From the NCBI GenBank assembly GCA_021613535.1, contig CP075495.1:3286001-3350000 (forward strand): a stretch of 64,000 bases of DNA. The letters are read 5' to 3'. The DNA comes from Adineta vaga. Taxonomy: Eukaryota > Animalia > Rotifera. Numbering within the stretch: the first letter of the stretch is position 1; the number at the start of each line of letters is the position of its first letter. The position numbers and the translations under genes were made by a program. Below are positions 46,211 through 62,039 of the stretch, in pieces. The notes below the pieces were generated by a model, which saw only the letters and a program-made list of their open reading frames with translations, made no database searches and was not told where the DNA came from.

Positions 46211-47918
46211 ATGACTTTGACAATTCGAAATTTACTCTTGACTATAATTGAAGAACGAAAGAAAAACAAATCTGACGAAGGTAACTTTAAATCATTTGAA
46301 CAATTTTCTGTTTAATAAAACGTATTTTTCTTCAAGATGATGAATTTGTTGTCGTTCAACAAATCAATAATGAATGGCCAACTATATTTGATACCTATTT
46401 TTTATCGAAAGTTACTCGTCTTCCACAAATATCAAACAGTTCAACCAGTGATGATGATTTAGTGTTTTACGTAACGCGAAAAATTGATGAAGGTTCACAA
46501 GGTAAATCGATCGAAATTCTTTTCATTATTCTATTTATATCGATGGAATTTTAGTAAAAGTCTTCCGTCATCATGATGTAAAACGACAACCGAAATCGGT
46601 AAGACATAGACCATCAGGAAAATTCATTCAATATAAAAGTTCTTTAGGGATCAGCAGATTTTGATTGGGAAGAAACAACATATCTCAATATGGTTCTTCA
46701 CCAATTTGAGTATACAGTAACAACAGCTATATGTATAAAAACAAATGATAAACAATTACAAATTCTAAAACGATTATCAACGGTAAAAAAATCCAACCTA
46801 TTGATTGAAGAAAATCTCATGATTTTATGTACATAATATGTATTGATTAGACAGTCTATGCGAATCCATCACGTCGTGATATGGAAAATAAAGGTAGCGA
46901 AGAAAAAATAACCTATCCAAAACTATATTTTACGGTGGATAATTTTGAAGATGTAAGATAATTGTGATAATTCTTGAAAGATAAAAAAGACAAACAACTT
47001 TTTTCTCTTTTCAGACTTTTAGTGAAATGATAATTAATGAAGGTCAGATGGTATGTGTAGAATTAGTAGCAAGAAATCCGGTGCTAAATACATCTCGAGT
47101 GTTATTTCTTGGTTCAATTAAATATGAAGCATTAAGAAAAGTTTATGATACTCGAGTACGTAAGATTGAAGGGAACGATGTTAATCGAAGACGTTTTTGT
47201 CTTGTTAGGCAACAACAAGTACTCGTGTTGCTCAACGTGTTACTCTGGGAATATATACAAAACGACGAGTTGAATTTGTTCGAATGCGTGGACCAAATGT
47301 AAGTAAATTATGAGAGTCAATAATCGATGAAATATTGTTTGAAAAAATATGTTTCTAAAAGAAAAAACCCAAATTATTCTAGGGTAAAGGTCATGCTGAA
47401 ATGGCTGTTAGTCGACAACGATCAAGTCAATCGGGTTTAAGTACACCTGAATCAACACCTACAACGCCAGTGAAATCTACTTTTAACGAAGAAAACGTAT
47501 GTCTTATTAAACAAGTTGAAATATATCATAAACATGAATTATGGTCAATTTTTAGGATGATGATGATAGTCTAGTTCAAGAAACAGCAACGCCACCATCA
47601 CAACGAACCAATGCATCTAATACGGCAACACCAGAAGTCGAATCAACTGATATTCGACAAGGTTTTTCATTGAAAGATGTTTTCCATCTCAATTTTCTAT
47701 ATTTCTTTGTTTTAGAACTTGCTGATGGTACAGGTGGTTTTCTTGGTCGAACATTAAATCAAGCTATGAGTTGGGTGCGTAATTCTAATTCTCGTCTTGA
47801 TTTATCGTCTCAAACCGTCCCATTGCAAACATGTCTTACTTATTTAACTTTGCCATGTGATACAATTGTAAAAGATATTCTTGAATCAAATTCAAAACCT
47901 TTACTTACATCACAGTAA
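46211..47918 (+). CDS. KIAA0930: KIAA0930 homolog (DUF2045 family)
   Basis: DDLVFYV, DWEETTYLN, VYANPSRR, ITYPKLYFTVDNFE, VCVELVA, LFLGSIKYEAL and MRGPNGKGHAEMAVS, reconstructed across about 9 short exons. Confidence 0.88.
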
Positions 47919-49114
47919 TGAAAACGCGAATTCTTCTCTCTTTTTTATTTTATTTTGCAAGTAATTCATGATTCTATGAAACGAAAATCCTTCCATAATT
48001 TCTTATAATCTACATATACATGTGTAATTTCAAATTTCTTCTTTTCTATTGTATAGCATTTATATATTGAATATGATGTGTAATAGTTATTTTCTACTGA
48101 ATTCATTGGACTATTTTTTTGTTTTTTTTACTAATTATGAGAAAAAACAATCAGTGATTCTTTTCTTTTCTTTTTTTAAATATATCTATATATATATATA
48201 AATTTATTTTCGCTACGTTTGTTTTTATCTTCTGTATACATTTTGATACAATATATTTACATAAGTTCTAGTGAAATTTCGTATTTCTTTTTCAGTCAAA
48301 ATATCAAAATTACATTTTGAGTTTATATAGAGATTAAGATCGATAAGGATTGTTTTATTCGTGAAAATTAACGTAAATTATGAAACTATTCTTTTCATTT
48401 CAACAGTTTCTCTAACAGCAATTCATCTAAGCGTAAATTGTACTATACAGAATTATAGGTTTGTTGTATTTTCAGATTAGTTAATCATTCGTGCGCACTA
48501 GAGAACATCCGTAAGAGGATTTTTGAAATAGATTTCCGATTGTGAATACTCATGCATGATGACCTTTTGATAATATGATCTTGATAATTTTAGTTTGAAA
48601 GAAGAAAAAAAAGCCTTCTTTTACTTATACATATGAATTCAACTCTGACCGTCCTCTATCACAATCGTAACTGTGTTTTTGATTGGTTAGAAGTGTAGAC
48701 TTTGATAAGGCAACGAGCAGACTGGCAATTTAGACAAAAATACAAACTGATTTGTATGCGACTCTTATTCATATTTCAAAGAAATAATCTATCAAAAAAA
48801 AGCTGTTATCAGTTGACGATACTCTATCTCGGTATCTTCTATTCTATCTAAACAAAAACGAGGTCTTTGAGTAGAGATACTCAACTCAGATATTAAAGAC
48901 CCTATCTTATGAAAAATTCAATAGATTATCCATTGATATCAGCTTCTCATTACGATTTAAATATATTTCATAAGAAGAAGAATAAAGACTATATAATTCG
49001 ATTAAGCCAATGAAAGGTAAATTATATCCGGTCGTCAATAGTACTTCTATTGACTAACAACTGATTTCGAATGCTTTCAATTTTATTCATCGAATATTTT
49101 CAGTTGTAGATATA

Positions 49115-50577
49115 ATGAATAACACTATTCTTGATCAACATGATTTCCAATCTTATAATAATGTTCAAATTCATGAATTATTATTACGTGATCGTCCACG
49201 TGTTGCTGCATATCACGATGCTATTATGAACAATAAACGTTTATTTGAAAATAAGGTATTCCTTTGGATTATAGTTTTCTTTTTTGTTCTTAGAAAATAA
49301 AATCATTTAGATTGTTTTGGATGTTGGTTCAGGAACAGGTATATTGAGTATGTTTGCTGCAAAAGCTGGTGCTAAACTTGTTTATGCTGTTGATGCTTGT
49401 GAAACTATCTGTTATTTAGCCGAAGAATTAATCAAATGTAATCGTTTACAGGATAAAATTCAAATAATTAACAAACGTATTGAAGATATTGAAAAATTTG
49501 ATGAAAATATTGATATTATAATCAGTGATTGGATGGGTAAACTGAATACAACAAACTTATCGATATTTCTATCTATGATCTTTTATAGGTTTCTATCTTT
49601 TCCATGAAAGTATACTTGAATCTGTGATTTATGCTCGTGATAAATTTCTTTCCTTGTCATCTCGAAATGATGATACAACACCTGATCAAAATGAATCGAT
49701 TATTATATTTCCATCACATGCATATCTAGTTTGTATTTGTTTTGTTTTTTCTCTCAAAATAAAGATTACATTGAAATATTTCTTTTAGTATTGTGCTCCG
49801 TTTGTTGATCAAAATATTCGTATTGAATTGAATAGTATGTGGAAAAATTATTTTGATTTAAACATGTCATCATTAATTCCTCATATAAAAAATTCACGAT
49901 TAAATGAATGTATAATCGAAACTATTGAACCATCTCAACTCGTTCATGATGCACAGTTAATTCAATCTATTGATCTTCGAACCATACGTCTCAATGATCT
50001 TCATACATTACGATCATTTTGTGAATTTGAAATTGATAATACATGTATTATATCGGGATTTTGTTTCTGGTTTGATTGTTATTTTTCTTCAAATAATAAT
50101 TCATCAATTTTACGTTCAATACGTTTAACAACTAGTCCGTATTCATCGAAAACTCATTGGAAACAAACATTAGTTTTTCTTCCTGAAGATATCTATCCAC
50201 TCAAAGGTCACATTGTACCTGTTCATATTAAATTAAAACAATCTTCACAAACTCGACAAAAATATCAATTATCAATCGTACTGAAAAAGATTAAAGAAGG
50301 AATGCGTACTACGACTAATATAGATGATGTAAATCAAGATTCTGTCTTGCATAAGAGACAACGACGACGATCATCAACAATTTCTTCAGATAAACGAACT
50401 CATTCTCAAAAAAAATCAAATGAAACTCCTTCCGGTGATAGTACAAGTAGTAATAGTGATGATGATAATAATAACGGTTCAAATGAACATTCCATACCAT
50501 GTTCATGTGATCGTGATCGATGTAAATTAGTCAAAATGATTCTTGAAAAATATACAGAAGAAAATCTTGTAGAATAA
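49115..50577 (+). CDS. Protein arginine methyltransferase, Art8/PRMT6-like, with variant active site
   Basis: IHELLLRDRPR, VLDVGSGTGILSMF, SDWMGFYLFHES, THWKQ, and C-terminal HSIPCSCDRDRC. Four exons, all in frame. Confidence 0.9.
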
Positions 50578-50668
50578 TAAATATTCGTATGTTTTTAATA
50601 AAAAATGATCTCACATATTTTTTTAACTTGATTTAGAACAGTTAATAGCACTTGAATTTTTTTAGATA

Positions 50669-53600
50669 ATGACCGATCGGTCTCAACGTCTTGGTTCATA
50701 TAAACTTCCGAAGTCACTAAAAAAATCTCAAACAAATCGACATCGAACGAATCCATCGGAGAAATTAACTTCCCAATTACCACATATATCCGATACTTAT
50801 TCAGAACAATCATCAACAAATACAGATCATGATTTTCTCAAAGTTTTTATTACTAATCTAACGTCAGATGTTGACGATTCTGAATCTTCATCTTCAATAC
50901 GAAACCAAACGATAGCTGATGTATCAAATCGAAATGAAGAGAATATTTCTAATCATTCGAATACTTTCAATGAAAAATACGAATCAACTCTTCGAAAGAA
51001 GTCTACAGGTGAACAACGTCGTGATCAATTAACAAAATTAATGCAAGATTTTTCTCAAGATTGTTTCGAATTCGATCCGAATTCAAATGTTAACTATATA
51101 CCTGATAATTTTATCAATTCCGATAAACGAAAACAATATTCAACAGCACTTTGGTAAGAATGAGGATATTTAAATCGATCATTTCTTAGTTTTCTTTTTC
51201 TTCTTCTTAGGTATGAATTGAAAACATTCTTTAATGGAATAAATAAATTAGATGAACATGGAATCGAAACTGAACGACATTCTATTGATCATCAACGAAA
51301 AAAATTACTCGATGAATTTTATAAATCATTTAGTCAATGTGATTTTGAACAATTAAATTATCATCAAAATTTTACTATTCAACGACGACATCTTTGTGAA
51401 CATCATTTGAATCATTGTAATGATGTAGAAAAATATATGGAAAGTTTATTTCAAAAATGGGATTCGATTTTGTCATTATTTCCATCATATTCAGCACTTG
51501 AACAGTATGATAAACGTTTTAATCCTTTGACAAAAGAAGGAAGAATTTTTTATGAAAAATTATTTATTTTTCAAGCATGGTTCAATTTACATTCGGAAAT
51601 TAATCGTGTTATTCATGTTCTTGGTCGATTAATGTCCTGTACACAATGTCATACATGGCCACATCATACACAATCATCTACAACGAAACTAAATGATACA
51701 ATATCTCGACCACAAACACCATCATCAACATCAAGTAATGAACAAAAAGATTTCATTTTTGATTCGTCTTCTTCAAATCCATTGTCATTATCATTATCGG
51801 AAATCAAAACTAAACGACAGAATACGTTTACCTCCATGTCAAGTTTTGATAGTATGTATCAACAACCTTTAACATCAACTTCATCCTTAAATGATTATTA
51901 TTACAGGTAGAAGATAGAGGAAAAAACATCATTTCCGAACAGAAATATGAAGATTCTTTTTTTCTTTAGATATGTTGATGATCAAGTTACACATGCTCGA
52001 CTTGAATTAGTTGGAAGTATATTTCGTTCAAAACATGGACCATTATTACAACGATTGAGATATACTTATCGAAAGACACATCGAACTAATTCTTCAATAT
52101 TTGATGATATCTTTCAAAATTCATCAGTTTTACCTATGAATCTCATTCCCAATGATTATTTATCGGATGTTAAACCGGATAAATTAATCGATGAATTTCT
52201 CATACTAAATAAACAATTACAAGAACAAAGAAATCCTCAAATTGGTATGTGATTCATTTATTATCAAATTTCGAATGTTTGTTTTGTTTTGTTATTTCTT
52301 AACATAGCAAATCAGAATAAGAAGAAATCCAAAGGTATTTATTCGGATAAAGTTAATAATATTCTACATCGTTTTGATCAAAATCCAACTTTAACATCAA
52401 GTACATTTACACCTGCACCAGCACCAACATTAGTCTTGAAACTTCTCTCACACGATCGAAGTATACTTAAACGTCAATCCTATTTTCTTGATTATCTCGA
52501 TCCAACATCATATCCACATCTACCTGGTTCAACACTCTTTCCTGATCCATGTCTATTTCTCGAAGATTCACCATTAAATCTCTATTCACAAATCACATCT
52601 GATGAAGACATTCTAATTGCTAAAATGCTAACAATATGTCATCGTCTCTATGATAAACATGTTTGGGTCGATAGTGGTCGATTTTCTGATATGTGTGATA
52701 TATTTCATCTCCCATCACTCTATCCTCAATATGTTTTTCTTGTACAAATTCCATTGGATTTAATCATTGCTTGGCATCGATATCATCAAGATAAAAAAAT
52801 GGAACAAACACCTACTACAGGTAAGAGTTCTTTCTTCATGTAGAAACCATATTGAGTCATTGAACTCATGAAGCTATACTTTACTGTCAGAAAATAATAC
52901 TTATTTGAATTTGTAATTCTTCATGTGTCATTTCTTCTAGGTGCACTTCTTCTACTTATTGATGAATGTAAAATTCTCATACATAGTGCAACATTAATTC
53001 GTCAATATGTTAAATTAATGATAACCGATGCATTTGGTAAATATGATTGTCTAGAGATGAAATATTATTCGATTGATTTTCTTTCTTTCTTTCTTTCTTT
53101 AGAAAAAGCTGAATTACGATTAATTGAAGATGAGTTGTTACAATTTGATCAACATATTATCGATACAATCTATGAAATCATGACCTATATTGAACGTTAT
53201 ATAGAAATATCTTTACGATCGAATTTATTTCATAATTGTATTTTGTTATTAAAAGATCAATGGAAATCATTGAAAAAATATGCGACAATGATGAATATTG
53301 AAGAAATGTTAGGTGAAAAATTTCTCAATATTTCTTCCAATATAATCAAACATTTTCATGAATATATCGATGTCTTTCATTCGTCAATATCAACAGTAGA
53401 ACCAATGAAAATCGAACATATTAAAAAGAAAATGCATAGGAAATATCAGAAAAAATTAACAATGAATATTCTACGTGAAGCTAAAGCGATTTATGAAGAT
53501 TGTGCATTAACAATGAATATTTATTTACAAAAACCTGTTTGTAAACGATTTTTATTAATTCTTAAAACCGCTGGATTTGAAAGAATTAAATTTGGTAAGA

Positions 53601-56168
53601 CAAAAACAAAACCTCCAACTAAATGACATAAATTAGCAAGTTAAGTGAACATAATCAGGAAAAAAATTTCTTACGCTCAAAAAATTTCTTATTTATAGAA
53701 GTATCTGTAAGATGGAGTTGACGTATTTCTGCCTACATAATTAAAAAGATATAAAAAAAAAGGAAACCTTGTATTTCATCTTGAGGAGAATGCTTTTAAT
53801 AAAAATAATTTTCTCATAGCTTCTGATAATCATCATCATCATCATCATCGAACAAATGCATCAAAGAAAAATACTTTCTCACCATCAAAATGTCTTCTCT
53901 TTGCTCCTGCTGAATATTTCGAAGATATTCCATCAAAAATTCAATTATTACGAACATTATCATCTTCATTTCGAATCAATACAAATAACAATTCATCAAA
54001 TGACTTAAACGATGATTTATTACCTCCTCAACAACAATCATCTCCTATCTCTGGTCAACAACCAATTTTTCCAACAACTGAAATCTCTCCACCTTTAGTT
54101 TATATTCTCTGTGTACCTATAGCAGAAGAACTCGAATCTGAATGGCGTGGTATAACTCATATCATACCGGAAAACAAAATGTTAACATCAATATGTCCAT
54201 TATATACGGATTGGAAAACGACAACAATCTTTCTTCTAACACAACAAACAACTAATCTGGAAAAATTTGAAGAATCTTTCAAAGAACGTTTATCAAAAAT
54301 CAACATTCAACAAAGTGATCTATATGATTTCGAAACGAAAACAAAACAATCAATACAAAAACGTTCTTGTTTTGAAAAAATTGATATTGCAATGAGAAAT
54401 CTATCTCATACAATCTTAAGTTTAAGTAATTGTATTACAAGTAATGTTGAAAAATTCGAAAATTTAATTGATCAAATTGATACTCGAGATTATGTTGTAA
54501 GTATATAATTATTCGAATGACGTCAAAGGGAAAGAAAATACTTTTCTCTTCTTTTTCCTACACCTGATGAAATTTAATAATCGAAGAACATCTCGGATTT
54601 AATCTATTCTTTATTTAGCATACGGAAGAACGTGTATTTGCATTTGGAATGGATATTATTCGTGAAACAAGTTCATATGCAACACAATGTGAACATGAAA
54701 CATTGAAAAATCAAGCAGAACGTCAGTTATCATTCGCAAATTATTGGTTAAATTTTGTTCGAAAGAAAAAATCAACAACAACATCGAAATATTTAATACC
54801 TATACCCATGTGGTTATTACCCGGTATACATTTTCTTCGTCATATATGTTCATTAAAATTTACAACACAAATTGACAATAATTTATTTTCAACTTTCTAT
54901 GATAATATGAAAAATACAATTAAATGTTTAAATAATCCCAATGATAATAATAATCAATCGAGAATATTGAAGTATTCGATGATGAAAAATCGTCGTGCAG
55001 CATATCAACGATCAACAAAGAAAGTACGATTAACTCAAATTGAACAACTTGAACGAATGGAAAGACATATTGATCGACAACGTTTTGACGAAGATCTAAT
55101 TGGAAAGATTAAATGTATGACGAAAAATTCATCATTAACAAAGAAGAAAGAAGATGATTTAGCTTGTTTAAAAATTAGAGATTTTCATAAATTAAATCTT
55201 CTATCTTGCGGACAATTTGCAACAAGTAAGACACAAACTTTAATCGAGATATATATACGTTACATTTTCTTTTAGCATACAAATGTTGGGTCAATCGTGA
55301 TGGTAAAAAAGAAACTCTCTGTTATAAACAATATAAAATTCAACCAAATGATGCTCAAGCAATCGATAAAGTTCTCGAATTAATGCCATTAATGCATATT
55401 GAACATGAAAATTTAATTAAATATCATGGCATTGCACTTGAACATGATCATATTTTATTTTTCATGGAATATTGTTGTCATGGTACGATTGCACAACTTT
55501 TACTTGGTACATCAATATCATCTTTACATAAAGATACACGTCGTCCATCGTATCCATTATCTTGTTCATTCAATGAAACATCATCGATTGATAAAGGTAT
55601 TATTCAAACACCAAATGGTTTTGTATTTTTTCAAGAATTTCTTGTTCAACGTTATTTACGTCAATTATTATCGGCTTTATCATGTTTACATAGAAAAGAT
55701 ATAATTCATCGTGATATTCGAAATGTTAATATTTTTCTCGCTGATTCAAGTAAACAATCAATAAAATTAGGTGATGTTAATTTTGTTTATGATTTTAAAT
55801 TTATGCAAAAACAATCGTCATTACTCGACGTAGAAGATGTAATTAATATTCGTGAATCAATTGTTTTCTATGCTCCAGAAACAATTACACAATATATTAC
55901 AACAACAAAATCCGATATCTGGTCGTTGGGTTGTACAATGATTCATATGTTAACTGGTCGAATACCATGGAGTAATCCGACAATTGCTTCAAGTGTTTAT
56001 TATTTGAAAATTCTCAATTGGATTGCTGATGGTGTTCATCCTCCGATACCGACAGACTTAAATTTATCAAATGAATGTATTCATTTTCTTGAACAATGCT
56101 TTCAACATGATCCAAATCGTCGACTATCAACTGATGAATTACTTGAACATCCATTTATTAAAGAATAA
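50669..56168 (+). CDS. MAP3K4: MEKK4/MAP3K4 (Ssk2)-like protein with atypical kinase domain
   Basis: Long N-terminal region with LWYELKTFFNG and SLFPSYSALEQ motifs. C-terminal kinase with IQPND, HENLIKYHG, FMEYC, HRDIRNVN, LGDVN, YAPE, SDIWSLGC, FLEQCFQHDP. Confidence 0.75.
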
Positions 56169-56372
56169 CATCAATTATTTATTTATTTTAATTTTCAATT
56201 TATTTTCGTTTTGTTTCGCCAAAAAAGAACTTTCGATTAACATAGTAATAGAATATTTATTATGTAAATAAACAAAAAAAAGAGAAAAATCGTTTTTTTT
56301 TCGTACCGTTTGTCGAAAATTTCACACGAAAGAATATCTGTCTTTGTTTTTAGATTTTCATGTTTGATCATC

Positions 56373-59276
56373 ATGAGTAAATTTTATGCCAATGTCGAAC
56401 AAGAAATTCTAGATTTTATTGATCGATGCCATGGTAAGAAGAGTATATTGATTGAAATGTTTGAATTTCAATATCTATTTAGACATAATAAATTCCATAT
56501 CTACATCGTCTTCCATTCCCTGTTTAACAACGATCTCATTCGATGTATTTACACTTGCAATTGAACATTTGAATAATTTTCTTTCCATATATAGTTTAAA
56601 TCGATCGATACAATCCAATCAACTTCTATCGATCGTTTCTAATTGTTCAAATCTTGTGAATTATATTGATACATATCAATATTTATTTATCGAATATGCT
56701 ATAGATGATTATCTACTACTCGATGAACATTTGAATATAATCTATGAAAAAATTTTAGAAATTCTCGAATATTTTCATCAATTTCCAACGATTAATTCTG
56801 ACATTTATCATTTACAAAAAGAACTTCGTTCGCATCTTCCAACAACTTATTTACAACGTCTATCATCATTATCAACACAAATTACTTCAACATTAATCGA
56901 TCAAACATCACGTTTATTTTCATCATCTTATAATTCTCTAACGAATGAAAATGATGACGTTGATACTATTGATAATTGTGTCATGCCATTAAGTTTCCTT
57001 TTCAGTAGTTCATTATTATTAATTCATTCTGATAATAATAATTCAATGATAAATATGAATCTTAATGATTCATATGATCAATCAAGATCAATGTTACAAT
57101 TAGATAAAATCAATATTCGAACAACAAATTTACCACATTCACAATTAACTCCATCATTTCAATTTGATCTAACTGAATTTGAACAGATTGAAAATGATTT
57201 AAGTAAAACATTTTCATTGTTTAACTCGAGATGAAAAAGTTCATGTTGAATGTTCTTTTAGATCATACAAATGAATGGATGAAAATTGAACGAGAATTTT
57301 TTCTGAATATAATTTCCATTTGGTCAAATGAACAATTAATCATGCAAACAATTAATCCATGGTCAAGTGAAACCTTTTGGATGTTAATTATGCATTTTAA
57401 ATGTTCGGATATGAATTTAAAATATGAATTTATTCTTATTATACAATGGTGTTTTTGTTTATTAGCTATTCAAGCATTCTATCGAGATTGGGATTTATGT
57501 AAGTCATTCATATTTCTTAGTTTAATCTTGTAATGATTATACTAACGACTTCGTGTGTTTTGTTATCTAGTGTTTAGTAAAACTCTTATCAATACTATTA
57601 TGATCAATCGATGGCGAACAGTTTCTTTTTCGGAAAATATCCTTTTAAGTACAGTTGGTCATAATCTTAATCAAATGTTTCTTCGTTTGATTCGCATCGT
57701 TTCAATTTTACAATATATGAAAATTCTTTCAGATCAATCATCTTATTTAACTGTAAGAGAATCAGAAATCTTGACTTTTGTCTGAAGTTTCTCTATTAAA
57801 TTTAGTCATTTTTTGCTAATCTTATTTCTTCCAATATCAATATTTTAATGCAACATGCCGAAGGAACATTTCATTTATTATTTACTTGGTTTAGTCAAAA
57901 TACAAATGCATTTATTCATTCAAATTTATTTGAACGAGTATTAATAATTTGTAAAAGTGATGATAAAGTTTGTAGAAAAATTTCTTTATTTCTTTTTAAA
58001 TTTAAACAAATTCTTCTAATTAGCAATTATCCATAAGTATCAATTATCTAATTGATTCTTTAAAACGATTAAACGATTGTCAACCATCGATAAAATTAGT
58101 AATGAAATTACATTCGTCATGTCAAGTATATGATCAAAACTATAAGAATTCATTCGAAATTTTTCCTCTCTCTTTTCATAGACAATTATGCGTGATACAA
58201 TATCGAAATTTTATCGATGTACTCAGATGAATGCAACGAATTATTTTACTAGTGAATTACCATTAACATCGAATGAATGGCGAATGAGTAAAAACAAAGT
58301 TGTTTCGAAAAACTAAATAAGTTCTTGTTTTTCAATGTATTTCTAGCGAGTCAACCAACATCGTACATGATTATTGCATGTGATAAACTATTGAAATCGA
58401 TTATTAGTCAAACGGAATGTTTAAATCTTGATAATAAATTAGGAATTTATGAGAATATTCTTTCAGCATTTGTTCAAAGTTGGACAACAGTATTACTCGA
58501 ACGGAAATATAGTTTTTGGTAAAGAAAAATTCGTCTTCATTTCTCGAAAATATTTCATTTAATATATTTAGTGATGAAATGATACATATTCTTCAAAAAG
58601 ATTACGAATATTTACAATTATTTCTTTCAAAAAACATATCCAATGAAGATATTGTACAAGAATTAAATCGATCACAATCTCTTCAAGAAATTGAAATTAT
58701 TATCAAAATCTTAAAGACAGGAGATAGACGAGGATCATGTACGTAATCTTTCTTTCTTTCTTTCTTCTTTCATTACTCGTGTATGTTCATGAGAGCAAGT
58801 TCTAATTTAATCTAAATCTATTTCATGTTCATGACAACGATGTGAAAGAAACATTTCCTTTTTTTCCTACATTAAATTGAGTGGCATTTATGAAAAACTT
58901 CTATTACGCACATATTTCTTCATCTGAAAAAAAAAATCTTTATACAAATGAGAAAGCTTTTGATTCGATCCTTTTTTTGTGTAGTATAGAATTTAATCTT
59001 GTTCAGAACAAAGATCTAACAGTAAAAGAGCTTTCTTTTTCATATCAAAGCATTAAATCTTGACAGGCCATTCATTCTAATCTCTTAATCATAAGAATAA
59101 AAACAATGAATCGATGGCTCATTCATTGTCTTTCTTTTTTTTCTCTTCTAGTTCCTCATATTCCTAATCAAGACAAATGGCTTCAATCAAGAAAATCTTC
59201 ATCATCATTATTTGAATATCTTCAAAATGTATGCTGTTGTCAGCGGCGTAATCGTGTGACAACAGGCCCATCATAG
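56373..59276 (+). CDS. CCDC142: Coiled-coil domain-containing protein 142-like
   Basis: Multi-exon. QPTSYM...AFVQSWTTVLLERKYSFSDE...LQKDYEYL and C-terminal PNQDKWL resemble the conserved CCDC142 C-terminal blocks (recalled motifs). Confidence 0.65.
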
Positions 59277-59439
59277 AAAAGCAGAATCCTTCTCTTTTCT
59301 ATTTCTTTTTATTCGCATTATGTCAGGTTAATTGAACTGTTTTTATCTGTGATATATTTTTTTTTTTCTCTTTTAAAATTATAATCATAAAAATAAATAA
59401 ATAGCAAAAAATAAAACGTGCATGATTTTTCAATGGTAT

Positions 59440-60647
<1,208 letters not shown>

Positions 60648-61110
60648 CTAAAAACTTTGAATATTAATAAATATGAAGATCCTTAGAGAAACGATTTTAT
60701 TCTCTTGAGAACTGCCACTAGCAGAACATTTTTCTCTACTCGTTGTTATTCAATTAACCAGATGATAGTTTATTTATTTCATGCAATCGAATCTTTCTGT
60801 ATGGTTTTTCCAGAAATTTTCTTTGACAGTTTCAAGGTTATTTTTAGCATTTCTTATTAATTTCTTTTCTTTAATATTTTAAATAAAAGATGAGATGAAA
60901 AACATACACATATAACGATATATATGTAGTATTTACAGAAGTGAATTTTCCAATGGAAAAATATTAAATTTAAGATTATATGTAATACTTCTTTTTTTCT
61001 TCTTCTTTTGTCGAATAGAAATAAGTATCATTGCATTCGCCTAACTGATTATACATTCAAAGCAGATTGCTGTCTAGATGTTCTGACATTATTTTCCGTT
61101 GAGCCCTCAT

Positions 61111-61143
61111 TTCTTCTTCTTCTTCTTCTTCTTCTTCTTCTTC
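61111..61143. repeat. (TTC)n microsatellite, about 11 units
   Basis: Read directly from the sequence. Similar tracts occur near 20840-20870 (TTC), 13127-13148 (TA) and 38222-38248 (GAT). Confidence 0.9.
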
Positions 61144-62039
61144 TTTTTTGTTGTTTCTAGTGCTGTCAACATTTTATATTCTTCTCATCTTAGTTTCTTT
61201 TTTATTTCTCGAAATAGATTCTCTTGAGAGACGAATAAAAGAAGAAAAGAGAAACATGCTTAAAAAGCCCAAGAGAGAATATTCTTATTTAATTCAATAA
61301 TTATTCTATATATTTTCTTTTGTGTTCCTTTTTTGACTTGTCATTTATATGAATTTTCTTTTCTTCTCAAGCATATAAACAGTATATAGCGTTAAAAATA
61401 GATCGAATCTAGCGTCATCCTTCATTGCACGCATATAAATTACATGAATAAAAAAAGAAGCAGAAATTTTTTTGCCTTTAAGTGAGAACAACTGCTAACA
61501 AAAAGAACGTATCTCCATTTTCATTCTGATGCGAACGTAAAGCAGGTGAGAAGAGAACGAGAGAACTGACAAATACGATCGTCCGATGGGGTGCAAGAGG
61601 GCAAAGGAAAAAAAAGAGAAAATCGAGAGAGAAAGAAAGAAAAAAAATAGACATCGTCCAAACGGGGTTAACATTCATTCTGTTCTCTCTTCTTTTTCTT
61701 TTCCCGTCCGTCGAAAGCGTTCACATCACATCCAACTCGACGCGGCATGTTTGCCCATTAGTTATCTCCTTTTTCTTCGACTTCAACGAAAGCAACAGCA
61801 AACGCGGCTAAAATCATCAGAAAAAAAAGAAAACAGAAAGAAGAGAAGTAAGCAACGCATGGAATAGTTATCGAGATTTTTCATCATTCCTGTCAAGACA
61901 GATGTATATCGATCAATATCTTAGTATTTGTCAGAATTAACTAATATAATTAAAATGTTAATCAAAATGATAATAGAGAGAAAAAAAGAGTATTAATATT
62001 ATTTGAATTTCTTTCTTTTTTTTATTTTGTTTTAGTTAA

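Noticed and set aside
57195-57270. Overlapping ORFs 56452-57234 and 57231-57533 (ATGA overlap) resembling bacterial translational coupling or a frameshift
   Set aside because: Explained by a normal 59-nt GT-AG intron (57203-57261) that joins the frames.
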